The notes beneath the pieces are model-generated. The model was not told the origin of the DNA. It made no database searches and saw only the letters and a program-made list of their open reading frames with translations. Below, one piece after another: positions 1 to 8,629 of a DNA stretch of 64,000 nucleotides. Numbering within the stretch: position 1 is the stretch's first letter; each line of letters starts with the position of its first letter. Made by a program: the position numbers and the translations under genes. The DNA comes from an uncultured Eubacterium sp. (lineage in GTDB: Bacteria; Bacillota; Clostridia; Lachnospirales; Lachnospiraceae), in contig CANDJC010000005.1 of NCBI GenBank assembly GCA_947384955.1, forward strand, positions 2,268-66,267, written 5' to 3'.

Positions 1-365
1 TAATTATCATAATAAGCAAGCTTTTCAAACAAATAAAGCAGCATTGCGAATGTATGCTGTGTGACACATTCTGTAGAATAACCAGCTACATTACGCCATT
101 CAATACCCCGTGCCGCTAAGTAGTTCTTATCCAGATTATTAGTTCCGGTTGCAGTAACGCAGATGAGTTTTAAGTGCGATGCCTTTTCCAGCGTAAAAGC
201 ATCTGCCCGCATTTTGTTAAGTATAAGGATATCAGCGTCTGCAGCCCTCTCTCTCATTTCTTCCGGGGTGGAAAATCCGTAATAAGTTACATTCCCAAGT
301 TTTTCAAAATGCGTCAGGCTGATGTCTCTGCCAATTGTGTCGGCATCTAAAAAAACGATGTTCAT
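1..365 (-). CDS. D-2-hydroxyacid dehydrogenase (glycerate dehydrogenase-like), 5' part only, runs off the window start
   Basis: Not in the ORF track. Manual translation from ATG at 365 (RBS AAGGAG upstream): MNIVFLDADTIGRDISLTHFEKLGNVTYYGFSTPEEM...LKLICVTATGTNNLD...WRNVAGYSTECVTQHTFAMLL, the typical substrate-binding domain. Confidence 0.85.
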   Translation of the reverse strand, partial: MNIVFLDADTIGRDISLTHFEKLGNVTYYGFSTPEEMRERAADADILILNKMRADAFTLEKASHLKLICVTATGTNNLDKNYLAARGIEWRNVAGYSTECVTQHTFAMLLYLFEKLAYYDN

Positions 366-542
366 TATAATCGCTCCTTTCTAAAATGGCTGGGATAAAT
401 TGTTACGATTTTGATTCTAAAATTTGGAAAAAGTCTTAAAATTATTAGAAAACTATGGTATACTGATTTATTATATCATCAAATATCCGTCGCAATCAAG
501 TATTTGCAAACCACAGCAAAATGGACCAGGAGATATGACTAT

Positions 543-2150
543 ATGGCTGAAAAGAGGAGAAATGTATTGCTCCAGGGCGGAATTCTGGCCGGAGCAGGCA
601 TTATTACAAAGGTAATTGGATTTGCATACCGTCTTCCTATGGGAAATATGATGGGGGAGGAAGGAAACGGGCTGTATTCAGTAGCGTTTGGAATTTATGG
701 AATTGCTTTGACCATATCGTCTTATAGTCTGCCTCTGGCTGTATCTAAGATGATATCTGCCAGACTTGCAAAAGGAGAATACCAGAATATGCGCAGAGTG
801 CTGGCGAATGCGCTGGTTTATGCGCTGATTGCGGGTCTGTTAGCTATGAATGTACTGTACTTTGGCGCTAATGTCCTTGAAGGACTATACAATCGTCCTG
901 GGATAGAAAAACCGCTGCGTGTCTTAGCTCCGACAACCTTTATTGTGGCACTGCTGGGCGTGTTTCGCGGATATTTTCAGGGACACGGTGAAATGGTGTC
1001 TACATCGGTTTCCCAGATTTTGGAGCAGATTGTAAATGCGGTAGTCAGTGTATTTGCTACATGGCAGTTTATGCGGATGTATGCCGGGAAAGAAGATGCA
1101 TCAGCGTATGGTGCTGCCGGCGGCACGCTTGGCACGCTTGCAGGGGCATTTATAGCCTTGATTTTTATTATGTATTTATTTGTTGCGAACCATAAGCGGT
1201 ACCGGCACAGGCCGAATCCGAAGGAGCAGCTGGAGACAGGAAGAGAGATTTACAAAGCTCTGTTCTTAACGATTATTCCAGTCATACTGAGCCAGACGAT
1301 ATATCAGATTGGATATACGATTGACGACATTATGTTCGGACAGCTGATGGAACGGAAAGGATTTACGGATCAGGTTGTTGCATCTTTGCAGGGGGTATAC
1401 AATACGCAGTATAATCAGCTTATCAATCTGCCGGTGGCAATCGCGACGGCTATGGCCGCATCCACGCTTCCAAGCATTGTACTATCCAGAATGCAGAACG
1501 ATATGGAAGGCATGCATCAGAAGATTACACAGGTGATTAAGGTAAATATGGTCATTGCATTTCCGTCAGCTGTGGGTCTTGCGGTATTGGCAGAGCCATT
1601 TATGCAGATGCTGTTCCCTAGTCTTGTGACTTACCGGCCTCAGGCAGTGATGCTTTTAATGACAGGTTCAAGTGCCGTCATCTTTTATGCACTGTCAACA
1701 TTAACAACTTCTATATTACAGGGAAATAATTACATGAAGCTTCCGGTCATACATTCAGCAGTCTCATTAGGAATACATGTTGTTCTTCTGGGGATATTAC
1801 TTGTATTTACTGATTTGGGAATTTACGCACTGGTCATCTGCAATGTCATTTTTCCGCTTGTAGTAAGTGCATTAAACTGCCGCTCGATAGGCCGCAATGT
1901 GGGATACAGATGGGAATTTCTCAATACCTTTATCAAACCGCTCCTGGCATCTGCCGCAATGGGAATTGTAGCTTTTGCGATTTATCAGGAGCTTGGAAGC
2001 GCCTTTGATAACGTTTATATTGTATCAGTCATAGCGTTTGGAGCCGCTGTAATTGTATATGGCGTAGTAATTTTACAGATACGCTGTTTTAGTGAGGATG
2101 AACTGGAATCTATACCGGGAGGAAGATTTCTGGCACGTCTTATGCGCTGA
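543..2150 (+). CDS. SpoVB/YabM-like MOP-family flippase (polysaccharide biosynthesis protein)
   Basis: Many TM helices, N-terminal LLQGGILAGAGIITKVIGFAYRLP signature; likely start ATG 543 after AGGAGA (track start 411 has no RBS). Confidence 0.85.
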   Translation: MAEKRRNVLLQGGILAGAGIITKVIGFAYRLPMGNMMGEEGNGLYSVAFGIYGIALTISSYSLPLAVSKMISARLAKGEYQNMRRVLANALVYALIAGLLAMNVLYFGANVLEGLYNRPGIEKPLRVLAPTTFIVALLGVFRGYFQGHGEMVSTSVSQILEQIVNAVVSVFATWQFMRMYAGKEDASAYGAAGGTLGTLAGAFIALIFIMYLFVANHKRYRHRPNPKEQLETGREIYKALFLTIIPVILSQTIYQIGYTIDDIMFGQLMERKGFTDQVVASLQGVYNTQYNQLINLPVAIATAMAASTLPSIVLSRMQNDMEGMHQKITQVIKVNMVIAFPSAVGLAVLAEPFMQMLFPSLVTYRPQAVMLLMTGSSAVIFYALSTLTTSILQGNNYMKLPVIHSAVSLGIHVVLLGILLVFTDLGIYALVICNVIFPLVVSALNCRSIGRNVGYRWEFLNTFIKPLLASAAMGIVAFAIYQELGSAFDNVYIVSVIAFGAAVIVYGVVILQIRCFSEDELESIPGGRFLARLMR

Positions 2151-2318
2151 AATGGAACGTCTGCTTCATTTGAATACAGCCTTAGCTTTAAGTGAAAAAG
2201 CCTTTCTTATACTGAATACTGAAAATATTAAGAGGAAAAATGTGTAATAAAATGTAAAAAAATATGCTGTTAAGGCGGTTTTCAGCTTTTTGGCAGCAGA
2301 AAGCACATGGAGATTTAT

Positions 2319-2347
2319 GTATAAAAAACGGTATTTTACAGATACTA
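2319..2347 (+). promoter_or_regulatory. Candidate forespore sigma-G-type promoter of spoVT
   Basis: GTATA-17 nt-GATACTA resembles the SigG consensus (GHATR-17/18-CATWHTA); spoVT is SigG-dependent in Bacillus. Confidence 0.4.
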
Positions 2348-2389
2348 CAACGGCACAAAGTAAAATCTGTAAATGGAGGAATTTTTCAT

Positions 2390-2938
2390 ATGAAGGCAAC
2401 AGGAATAGTCAGGCGTATAGATGATTTAGGAAGAGTTGTAATTCCCAAAGAAATTAGAAGGACTTTGCGGATTCGGGAGGGAGATCCTCTGGAAATATTT
2501 ACGGACCGTGAAGGTGAGATAATCCTCAAAAAGTATTCTCCGATAGGCGAATTAAGCGAATTTGCCGGACAGTATGCGGAATCGCTGGCTCAGACGACAG
2601 GCATGCTGGTTTGTATCACAGACCGTGATCATGTGATTGCTGCTTCCGGAAATGGGAAAAAAGATTTTGAGGGCAAGCCTATCAGTCATCAGCTGGAATG
2701 TATTATTGAAGATAGAAACAGCATGATAGCCAGCAAGGAAGAGAGCGATTTTGTCAAAGTGACCCTGGATGATAATGGGGATTTTGCGTCACAGGCAATC
2801 AGTACGATTATCTGTGAAGGAGACGCAATCGGCTCTGTGATTCTTTATAATAAAGATGAAAAGACCAAAATCGGAGAAACAGAAAGCAAGCTGGCGATGA
2901 CGGCGGCTGGTTTTCTTGGCAGACAGATGGAACAGTAG
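2390..2938 (+). CDS. spoVT: Stage V sporulation protein T (AbrB-type DNA-binding domain + GAF)
   Basis: MKATGIVRRIDDLGRVVIPKEIRRTLRIREGDPLEIF; RBS GGAGG before ATG 2390. Confidence 0.95.
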   Translation: MKATGIVRRIDDLGRVVIPKEIRRTLRIREGDPLEIFTDREGEIILKKYSPIGELSEFAGQYAESLAQTTGMLVCITDRDHVIAASGNGKKDFEGKPISHQLECIIEDRNSMIASKEESDFVKVTLDDNGDFASQAISTIICEGDAIGSVILYNKDEKTKIGETESKLAMTAAGFLGRQMEQ

Positions 2939-3004
2939 TCTGTATAAGATAAAAATGGAAAGGCAAAAATCTTAAAATAAAATATATAATTAATAATATA
3001 GAAA

Positions 3005-3080
3005 AAGACAGGTCAGCCGTATTTCAAAATTGATGCCTGAAAAACAGTTTTGCACCGGACTGAATACGGCTGACAGTCTT
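3005..3080. repeat. Inverted repeat between convergent spoVT and trigger-factor paralog
   Basis: GTCAGCCGTATT (3012-3023) / AATACGGCTGAC (3063-3074), plus outer AAGAC/GTCTT arms and a 39-nt loop. Confidence 0.6.
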
Positions 3081-3135
3081 AATAAGACTATTAAATGCAG
3101 AATGAATTTACCTGGCTGTAGTTTGAATAGGAATA

Positions 3136-4203
3136 TCAGTCATCTTCATACTCGGCTTCTACTTCTGTCACGTCTGCATGATTTACAAGAAAATTAAGAA
3201 CCATATCTTCTGAAAGCTGTCTGCGTACTTCTTCTTCACCGTAATCATCTAAAAACTCGGTTTTGGAGTCATAGTCATTTTGTTCCATATAATAAGCAAT
3301 GCCGTCTTCATAATCCTGGTCGCTCAAAGTGAGATTTTCACTCTGAGTAATGGCGTTTAAAATAATTTTACGGTATAGTACAGACTGTATCTCCTCTTCT
3401 ACATCCTCTTTTGTCATGTCAAAAGATTCATAAAGGGCATCGAGGCTGTCGAAACCAAACATATCGACATAACTCATATAGCCGTTTTCAATAGTCTGGC
3501 GGGCTTCATCATATTCTTCCTGTGAATACTGAAGAATGCTGGAAGAGTCGATTACCTGCTGGAGAAGTTCCTCCTGCAGTTCGTTTGTGCTTTCCTCTTC
3601 ATACATATCGGCCACGCTTTCCCGCATTGCTTTGACAAATTTATCGTAGGAACCGTAGTCTGTATTTTCTTTTATAAAAGAGTCGGTCGCATCAGGCAGT
3701 ATTTCTTCCTGGATATCAGTAATGTTTAGTTCAAAGTCAACCGTGTTTCCAGCCCATTCTACGTCTGAAAAATCAGAGTCGTAATCCAGAGAAAAATCTA
3801 ATTTATCACCGATTGTCACACCGGTAAGTTTATTGTCGAATTCCTCTCCAAATTCGGCGGCTCCCAGTATGATTTCATAATCGTCTTCCGAGACAGCAGT
3901 CTTACCGTCAATCGAAGCTTTTAAATCAGCATATACTAAGTCACCGGTTTTAGAAGCACGGCTGACGGATTTGTATTCGGCAAATTCCAGCAGGGCTTCG
4001 TGAATGGCATTGTTAACGGCTTCATCGGTAATAATATAGTCTTTCTTTTCTGCTTTCAGGTCCGTATAGGATGCCAGGGAAACCTGTTCATTACTGTATA
4101 CGGCATCTGAAAGAGGCTTGTTTCCTGTTGATATCTGAGATTTGCTGCCGCAGGCAGTGAACAGACATGCAGCAAGTAATAGGACTGCTAATTTTTTTTT
4201 CAA
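3136..4203 (-). CDS. Trigger-factor-like FKBP PPIase/chaperone with lipoprotein signal peptide
   Basis: KKKLAVLLLAACLFTA-C lipobox; FKBP-like GDLVYADLKASIDG...IILGAAEFGEEFDNKLTGVTIGDKLDFSLDY; TF C-terminal domain; no ribosome-binding GFRKGK motif. Confidence 0.8.
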   Translation of the reverse strand: MKKKLAVLLLAACLFTACGSKSQISTGNKPLSDAVYSNEQVSLASYTDLKAEKKDYIITDEAVNNAIHEALLEFAEYKSVSRASKTGDLVYADLKASIDGKTAVSEDDYEIILGAAEFGEEFDNKLTGVTIGDKLDFSLDYDSDFSDVEWAGNTVDFELNITDIQEEILPDATDSFIKENTDYGSYDKFVKAMRESVADMYEEESTNELQEELLQQVIDSSSILQYSQEEYDEARQTIENGYMSYVDMFGFDSLDALYESFDMTKEDVEEEIQSVLYRKIILNAITQSENLTLSDQDYEDGIAYYMEQNDYDSKTEFLDDYGEEEVRRQLSEDMVLNFLVNHADVTEVEAEYEDD

Positions 4204-4387
4204 ATCAATTCCTCCTGTGAAATAATGTTGGTGGCTGTATAAGCAGAATCAATTATAGCATATGATAACAGCAAATTGTGACTAAATTCTGAACAAACGC
4301 AGATGTTTTTATGATAGAATGCACTATTGAGAATTACAGGCAGAATGTGTAAAATACATACATGGAAGACAGGCATAAAAACAGGCA

Positions 4388-4610
4388 GAATGATTCATGA
4401 TAGAAAAAGAAGGAAGAAAAGAACCGTCTGGAAGAGTTCATAGAATAAGAATAAGAAAAAGAAGAAGCCGGAATGATTCATGACAGGAAAATAAGGAAGA
4501 AGAGAAACATCTGGAAAGGTTTATGGAATAAGAAAAAGAAGAAGCCGGAACGATTCATGACAGGAAAAGAATGAGAAAAAGGCATCAGAATGATTTATGA
4601 CAGAAAAATG
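4388..4610. repeat. Degenerate purine-rich tandem repeat upstream of the PBP gene
   Basis: GAA(T/C)GATT(C/T)ATGA(T/C)AG recurs at 4388, 4471, 4548, 4588 (periods 83, 77, 40); the first two units also share GAATAAGAAAAAGAAGAAGCCG. Confidence 0.75.
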
Positions 4611-4633
4611 CAGATATAACGGAGGACAAATAT

Positions 4634-6682
4634 ATGGCAAAACAGAATAAAAAGAAAAAATACCGTCACTTCTGGTTATTTTTTAAAGTGCAGCTGGTAC
4701 TTTTTCTTCTGCTTGCCGCCGCGTTAGGGTATTACTATGGAGCCGGATATGCTCAGACGGTTGCACAGCTTAAGGAAGACGCAGATATGCTGGTAGCAAA
4801 ATCCACGACTGAGCTGTTTCGAAAAGGCGAAACAGGGCTGGTATATGATAAAAAAGGGAAGCTTTTAAAGGAGTATAAAGGGGAAAAGGATTCTTATTAT
4901 ATTGAAATTCAGGATATTCCGGAAATTGTTATGGAAACATTTATCACAGTTGAAGACCGTAAGTTTTATAAACATAAGGGGGTGGATTACCTCGCTATTC
5001 TGCGGGCGGTCATTGCCATGCTTAGAAACGGGGAAGTAACACAGGGGGGAAGCACGATTACCCAGCAGCTTTCCCGGACGGTTTTCCTGAGCATGGATAA
5101 GACATGGGAACGCAAGATGGAAGAGATTTTTATTGCGCAGAACATGGAAAGAAAATATACAAAGAACCAGATTATGGAATTTTATCTGAATAACATTTAT
5201 TTTGGAAACGGTTATTACGGAATTCAGGCTGCGGCTCAGGGATATTTCAGTAAAAATATTGATGAGCTGAATTTATCACAGACGGTTTTTTTGTGTGCGA
5301 TTCCCAACAATCCGTCGCTTTATGATCCGGTAAACCATAAAAAGAATACATTAGCCCGCCGGGACCGAATGCTTGACAGCATGGAGGAAGAGGGAGTTAT
5401 TTCACACAGGTCGGCAGAAGAAGCCAGGGAGCAGAAAATTAAGCTTAAAAGAAAAAAGGGAATCAAAAAGAATAACTATGTGGAGACATTTGTAAATTAT
5501 TGTGCAATCCGTGCACTGATGAAACAGCAGGGATTTGAATTTCAATACTATTTTGATTCAGAAAAAGAAGAAAAAAAATACAACAAACAGTACAAAAAAC
5601 TGTACCGGGAGTGTGAAGGAAGCCTGTATACTTCTGGCTACCGGATTTATACTTCCATTGATACCGGGCATCAGAAAAAACTTCAGGAAGCGATTGACGA
5701 AGGACTGAGTGCTTATCAGGATGTCAGCGAGGAAGGAATCTATAAGCTGCAGGGCGCCGGAGTTACGATTGACAATACAACGGGATATGTGACGGCAGCT
5801 GTCGGGGGACGCTCGCAGGATTATGAAGGATATACCCTGAACCGTGCATATCAGAGCTTCCGCCAGCCGGGAAGCGCGATAAAGCCGCTGCTGGTATTTA
5901 CGCCGGCACTGGAACGGGGGTATACGCCGGATTCTGTGGTGATGGATGAGCCGTTCGAAGGCGGGCCGTCCAATGCGGATGGTGTATTTGAAGGAGCAAT
6001 TACTCTGCGTCATGCGGTAAAAAGGTCCAAGAATACAATCGCATGGAAATTATTTGAAGAGCTGACCCCGGTGACGGGCTTAAACTATTTAAAAGCAATG
6101 AATTTTTCTAAAATTGACCCGGAGGATGAAAGACTGCCGCCGGCACTGGGAGGATTTACGGTAGGTGTATCCCCGTTAGAAATGGCATCCGGTTTTGCTG
6201 CACTGCAGAATGACGGATGCTACCGGGAACCGACCTGTATTATAAAAATAGAGGATACACAGGGAAATCTGATTTATACATCAGAGCCAAAAGAGGACAG
6301 AAGCCGCAAATCCAAAAAGGATGAGGCGGAAGGCATACGCATTTACAAATCGAATGCGGCAAGAATGATGACAGATATGCTTCAGACGGTAATGACAGAA
6401 GGCACAGCCAGAGGGCTTGACCTTGGAGATATGCCGTCAGCGGGAAAAACCGGTACGACAAATGATAACAAAGACGGCTGGTTTGCCGGTTATACGCGTT
6501 ACTATACGACCAGTATCTGGGTGGGCTACGACCAGCCGCAGCAGCTGCCGGGACTGACGGGCTCGGCTTTTCCGGGAAGCATCTGGCATAATTATATGAT
6601 GTCCGTCCACGAAAATCTGACGCCTATGGATTTTATACCGTATATCGAGCAGAAAGAGGTTGATATGGATTTTGTTCAGTAG
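4634..6682 (+). CDS. Class A penicillin-binding protein (transglycosylase + transpeptidase)
   Basis: TG motifs EDRKFYKHKGVD, GGSTITQQL, RKMEE; TP motifs SAIK, SKN, KTGT; N-terminal TM anchor; RBS GGAGG. Confidence 0.93.
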   Translation: MAKQNKKKKYRHFWLFFKVQLVLFLLLAAALGYYYGAGYAQTVAQLKEDADMLVAKSTTELFRKGETGLVYDKKGKLLKEYKGEKDSYYIEIQDIPEIVMETFITVEDRKFYKHKGVDYLAILRAVIAMLRNGEVTQGGSTITQQLSRTVFLSMDKTWERKMEEIFIAQNMERKYTKNQIMEFYLNNIYFGNGYYGIQAAAQGYFSKNIDELNLSQTVFLCAIPNNPSLYDPVNHKKNTLARRDRMLDSMEEEGVISHRSAEEAREQKIKLKRKKGIKKNNYVETFVNYCAIRALMKQQGFEFQYYFDSEKEEKKYNKQYKKLYRECEGSLYTSGYRIYTSIDTGHQKKLQEAIDEGLSAYQDVSEEGIYKLQGAGVTIDNTTGYVTAAVGGRSQDYEGYTLNRAYQSFRQPGSAIKPLLVFTPALERGYTPDSVVMDEPFEGGPSNADGVFEGAITLRHAVKRSKNTIAWKLFEELTPVTGLNYLKAMNFSKIDPEDERLPPALGGFTVGVSPLEMASGFAALQNDGCYREPTCIIKIEDTQGNLIYTSEPKEDRSRKSKKDEAEGIRIYKSNAARMMTDMLQTVMTEGTARGLDLGDMPSAGKTGTTNDNKDGWFAGYTRYYTTSIWVGYDQPQQLPGLTGSAFPGSIWHNYMMSVHENLTPMDFIPYIEQKEVDMDFVQ

Positions 6683-6942
6683 GCTGGCCGGGGAGAATGG
6701 AAAGCTGTTCCTGTAAGGTCCTGGTTCGGGCCGGGAAGGAACGGGGCAGATATTCTCCCTGGGAAATTGTTAAATTTATATATATTATATGGGGGAAAGT
6801 GGTAAGATGCAAGTGCTTGGGATGGGGTGGCGTGATGAATGGTGATGAGGTGAAAAAAATTGTAAAAATTACTGGACAAATGAATTGGTTTGTGATAATA
6901 TAATTCAAGTAATGAGTTCGGTTATTTAGAACTGAAATATAT

Positions 6943-7016
6943 CGATGCGTGGCTCAGTTTGGTAGAGCGCTGCGTTCGGGACGCAGAGGCCGCAGGTTCA
7001 AATCCTGTCGCATCGA
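6943..7016 (+). tRNA. tRNA-Pro (anticodon CGG)
   Basis: Acceptor stem CGATGCG/CGCATCG, D-arm GCTCAGTTTGGTAGAGC, anticodon stem CTGCG-TTCGGGA-CGCAG, T-loop GGTTCAAATCC; CCA not encoded. Confidence 0.95.
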
Positions 7017-7030
7017 CTCTTGGCAGGGGC

Positions 7031-7069
7031 ACCGGAAACCTTGAAAATAAAGGGTTTCCGGTTCTTTTT
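7031..7069 (+). terminator. Intrinsic terminator after tRNA-Pro
   Basis: ACCGGAAACC/GGTTTCCGGT stem followed by TCTTTTTA. Confidence 0.7.
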
Positions 7070-7137
7070 ATTTTGCTGCAAGGGCAGAGCAGAGGCAGGA
7101 TTTTAGGGCGTTACCCAATTCGTTACCCTATATCCGT

Positions 7138-7287
7138 TCAGGCGAATAAATCTGATGCCATCATGGAAATTTCGCTCAGGTCATTTTCACAGGAGTTTAA
7201 GCGCCGCTTATTGTAGTGTGAATAGATGTTGAGCGTAGTCTGTGCATCTTCATGTCCCATCCAGTACAGCAGCTGTTTTAAATCCAT
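7138..7287 (-). pseudogene. C-terminal remnant of a tyrosine integrase
   Basis: Manual translation MDLKQLLYWMGHEDAQTTLNIYSHYNKRRL...* contains the box II GH...TT..IY.H motif with the catalytic Tyr; in-frame TAA just upstream; points toward the tRNA 3' end. Confidence 0.75.
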
Positions 7288-7604
7288 CCTTTATTGATTA
7301 GTATGGAGCAGCAATGCCGAAATTTTAAATTCTAATATCTTATATATAGTCCATTGAAAAATCGAGCGGGTCGCAAAGCATCCCGTGGAATTCTCCACTT
7401 CTTTCCGATACGGAAGCCTTTAAAGCTTCAATTATTCAAAAGTTCATAGGTACGGTTCATACCAATCATTAAAAAGCCGGAAACCGTAGAACGCAGAAAT
7501 AGCAGGGATAGCAGGACGTACATTGACCATTTATGGCTAATGTCCGACAGAAGCATTAGAAGCTATCATAATTAGAGTAATTCATGCGTGAAGGAGAAAA
7601 GGAT

Positions 7605-7823
7605 TTGATTTCATATGAAAAACTCTGGCTGACAATGAAGGAAAAGGGAGTATCCCAGTATGCGCTTATAAAAAAATATAATGTGAGCGCGGGGCAGCTT
7701 TCGAGGCTGCGCAGCAATTCTTATGTCAGCACTCACACGATTGATACGCTGTGCGGTATACTGGACTGTAACGTTGAGGATATTATGACGTACAGAAAAG
7801 AGAGCCAGTGTAAGCAGCGGTAA
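7605..7823 (+). CDS. XRE/Cro-C1 helix-turn-helix regulator
   Basis: ISYEKLWLTMKEKGVSQYALIKKYNVSAGQLSRLRSNSYVSTHTIDTLCGILDCNVEDIM; TTG start at 7605 after AAGGAG. Confidence 0.85.
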   Translation: MISYEKLWLTMKEKGVSQYALIKKYNVSAGQLSRLRSNSYVSTHTIDTLCGILDCNVEDIMTYRKESQCKQR

Positions 7824-8140
7824 AACAGCTTTCTGCGGCAGTCTGCCGTGATTTCTTCCTTAGTTATAACTAATTTTTTACAGAACATGTGCACCGGTAC
7901 GGAACCTGTAATACAGAGTCTGCACTGGTGCACTTTATTGTTTTGGCTTTTATCTGGACAGAAATATGATGCAGGTGGAATCAGAAATTTTAGATAACGA
8001 CAAATTTCGACAACTTTTCATTTTTTTCCTTAATTAAAATTTCATATGTAACCGGGATGCATAAGGTGAAACAAAACGTTATGCTGTTTTCTGGATTATG
8101 CAGAAATATTATACAGTGAAAGAAAGGAGAAAAACAAAAC

Positions 8141-8410
8141 ATGAATCAAGAAGTTTTGGAACTTGTAACACAGCAGATGGTGGAAATGAGGATGGACAGC
8201 ATTATGAAGAAAAATAACGGATACAGGTGTATGCAGCAGAAGGAGGCAGAGCTGTATGAAAAGTTTCTTGGGAGCCTTTCGGGCGGGCAGAAGGAGGAAT
8301 TCGAAAATTTTCTGACAGTTTCCATTGAAAGTGCTTTAGTCCGTGAAAGACTGGTTTACCAGCAGGGAATGAAAGATTTGATGGCTCTGCTGAGAAGTCT
8401 GGGAGAATAA
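8141..8410 (+). CDS. Small helical hypothetical protein of the kind found in Firmicute mobile elements
   Basis: Strong RBS AAGGAG; ends ERLVYQQGMKDLMALL; resembles DUF6809-type proteins from recall, unverified. Confidence 0.6.
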   Translation: MNQEVLELVTQQMVEMRMDSIMKKNNGYRCMQQKEAELYEKFLGSLSGGQKEEFENFLTVSIESALVRERLVYQQGMKDLMALLRSLGE

Positions 8411-8471
8411 AGAAATACATAATATTTCTAAATTTGTTATTTAATAGTTGTAATTGCTGTGAAACTGTAAT

Positions 8472-8509
8472 ATAATCAATATTAGCCGTTTGTGGCTAAT
8501 ATTGATTAT
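8472..8509. repeat. Perfect 16-bp inverted repeat (operator or hairpin) upstream of the surface-protein gene
   Basis: ATAATCAATATTAGCC-gtttgt-GGCTAATATTGATTAT. Confidence 0.75.
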
Positions 8510-8629
8510 GAACATAACAAAATTAAATTAAGGGGGTTATGATATTTTTATGTTTTTGTAGTGATTTATTGTTAATATAACAATGCCAGAGAACTGTCCT
8601 ATCATAGGGCAGAATAAAGGAGAAGAGAA

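Noticed and set aside
4388-4610. Possible CRISPR array (regularly spaced repeats)
   Set aside because: The spacers are homologous to each other, periods are irregular (83/77/40), and no cas genes are in the window.
6697-7216. Track ORFs 6697-6903 and 6959-7216
   Set aside because: No RBS or motif; the second overlaps the tRNA, its terminator and the opposite-strand integrase remnant.
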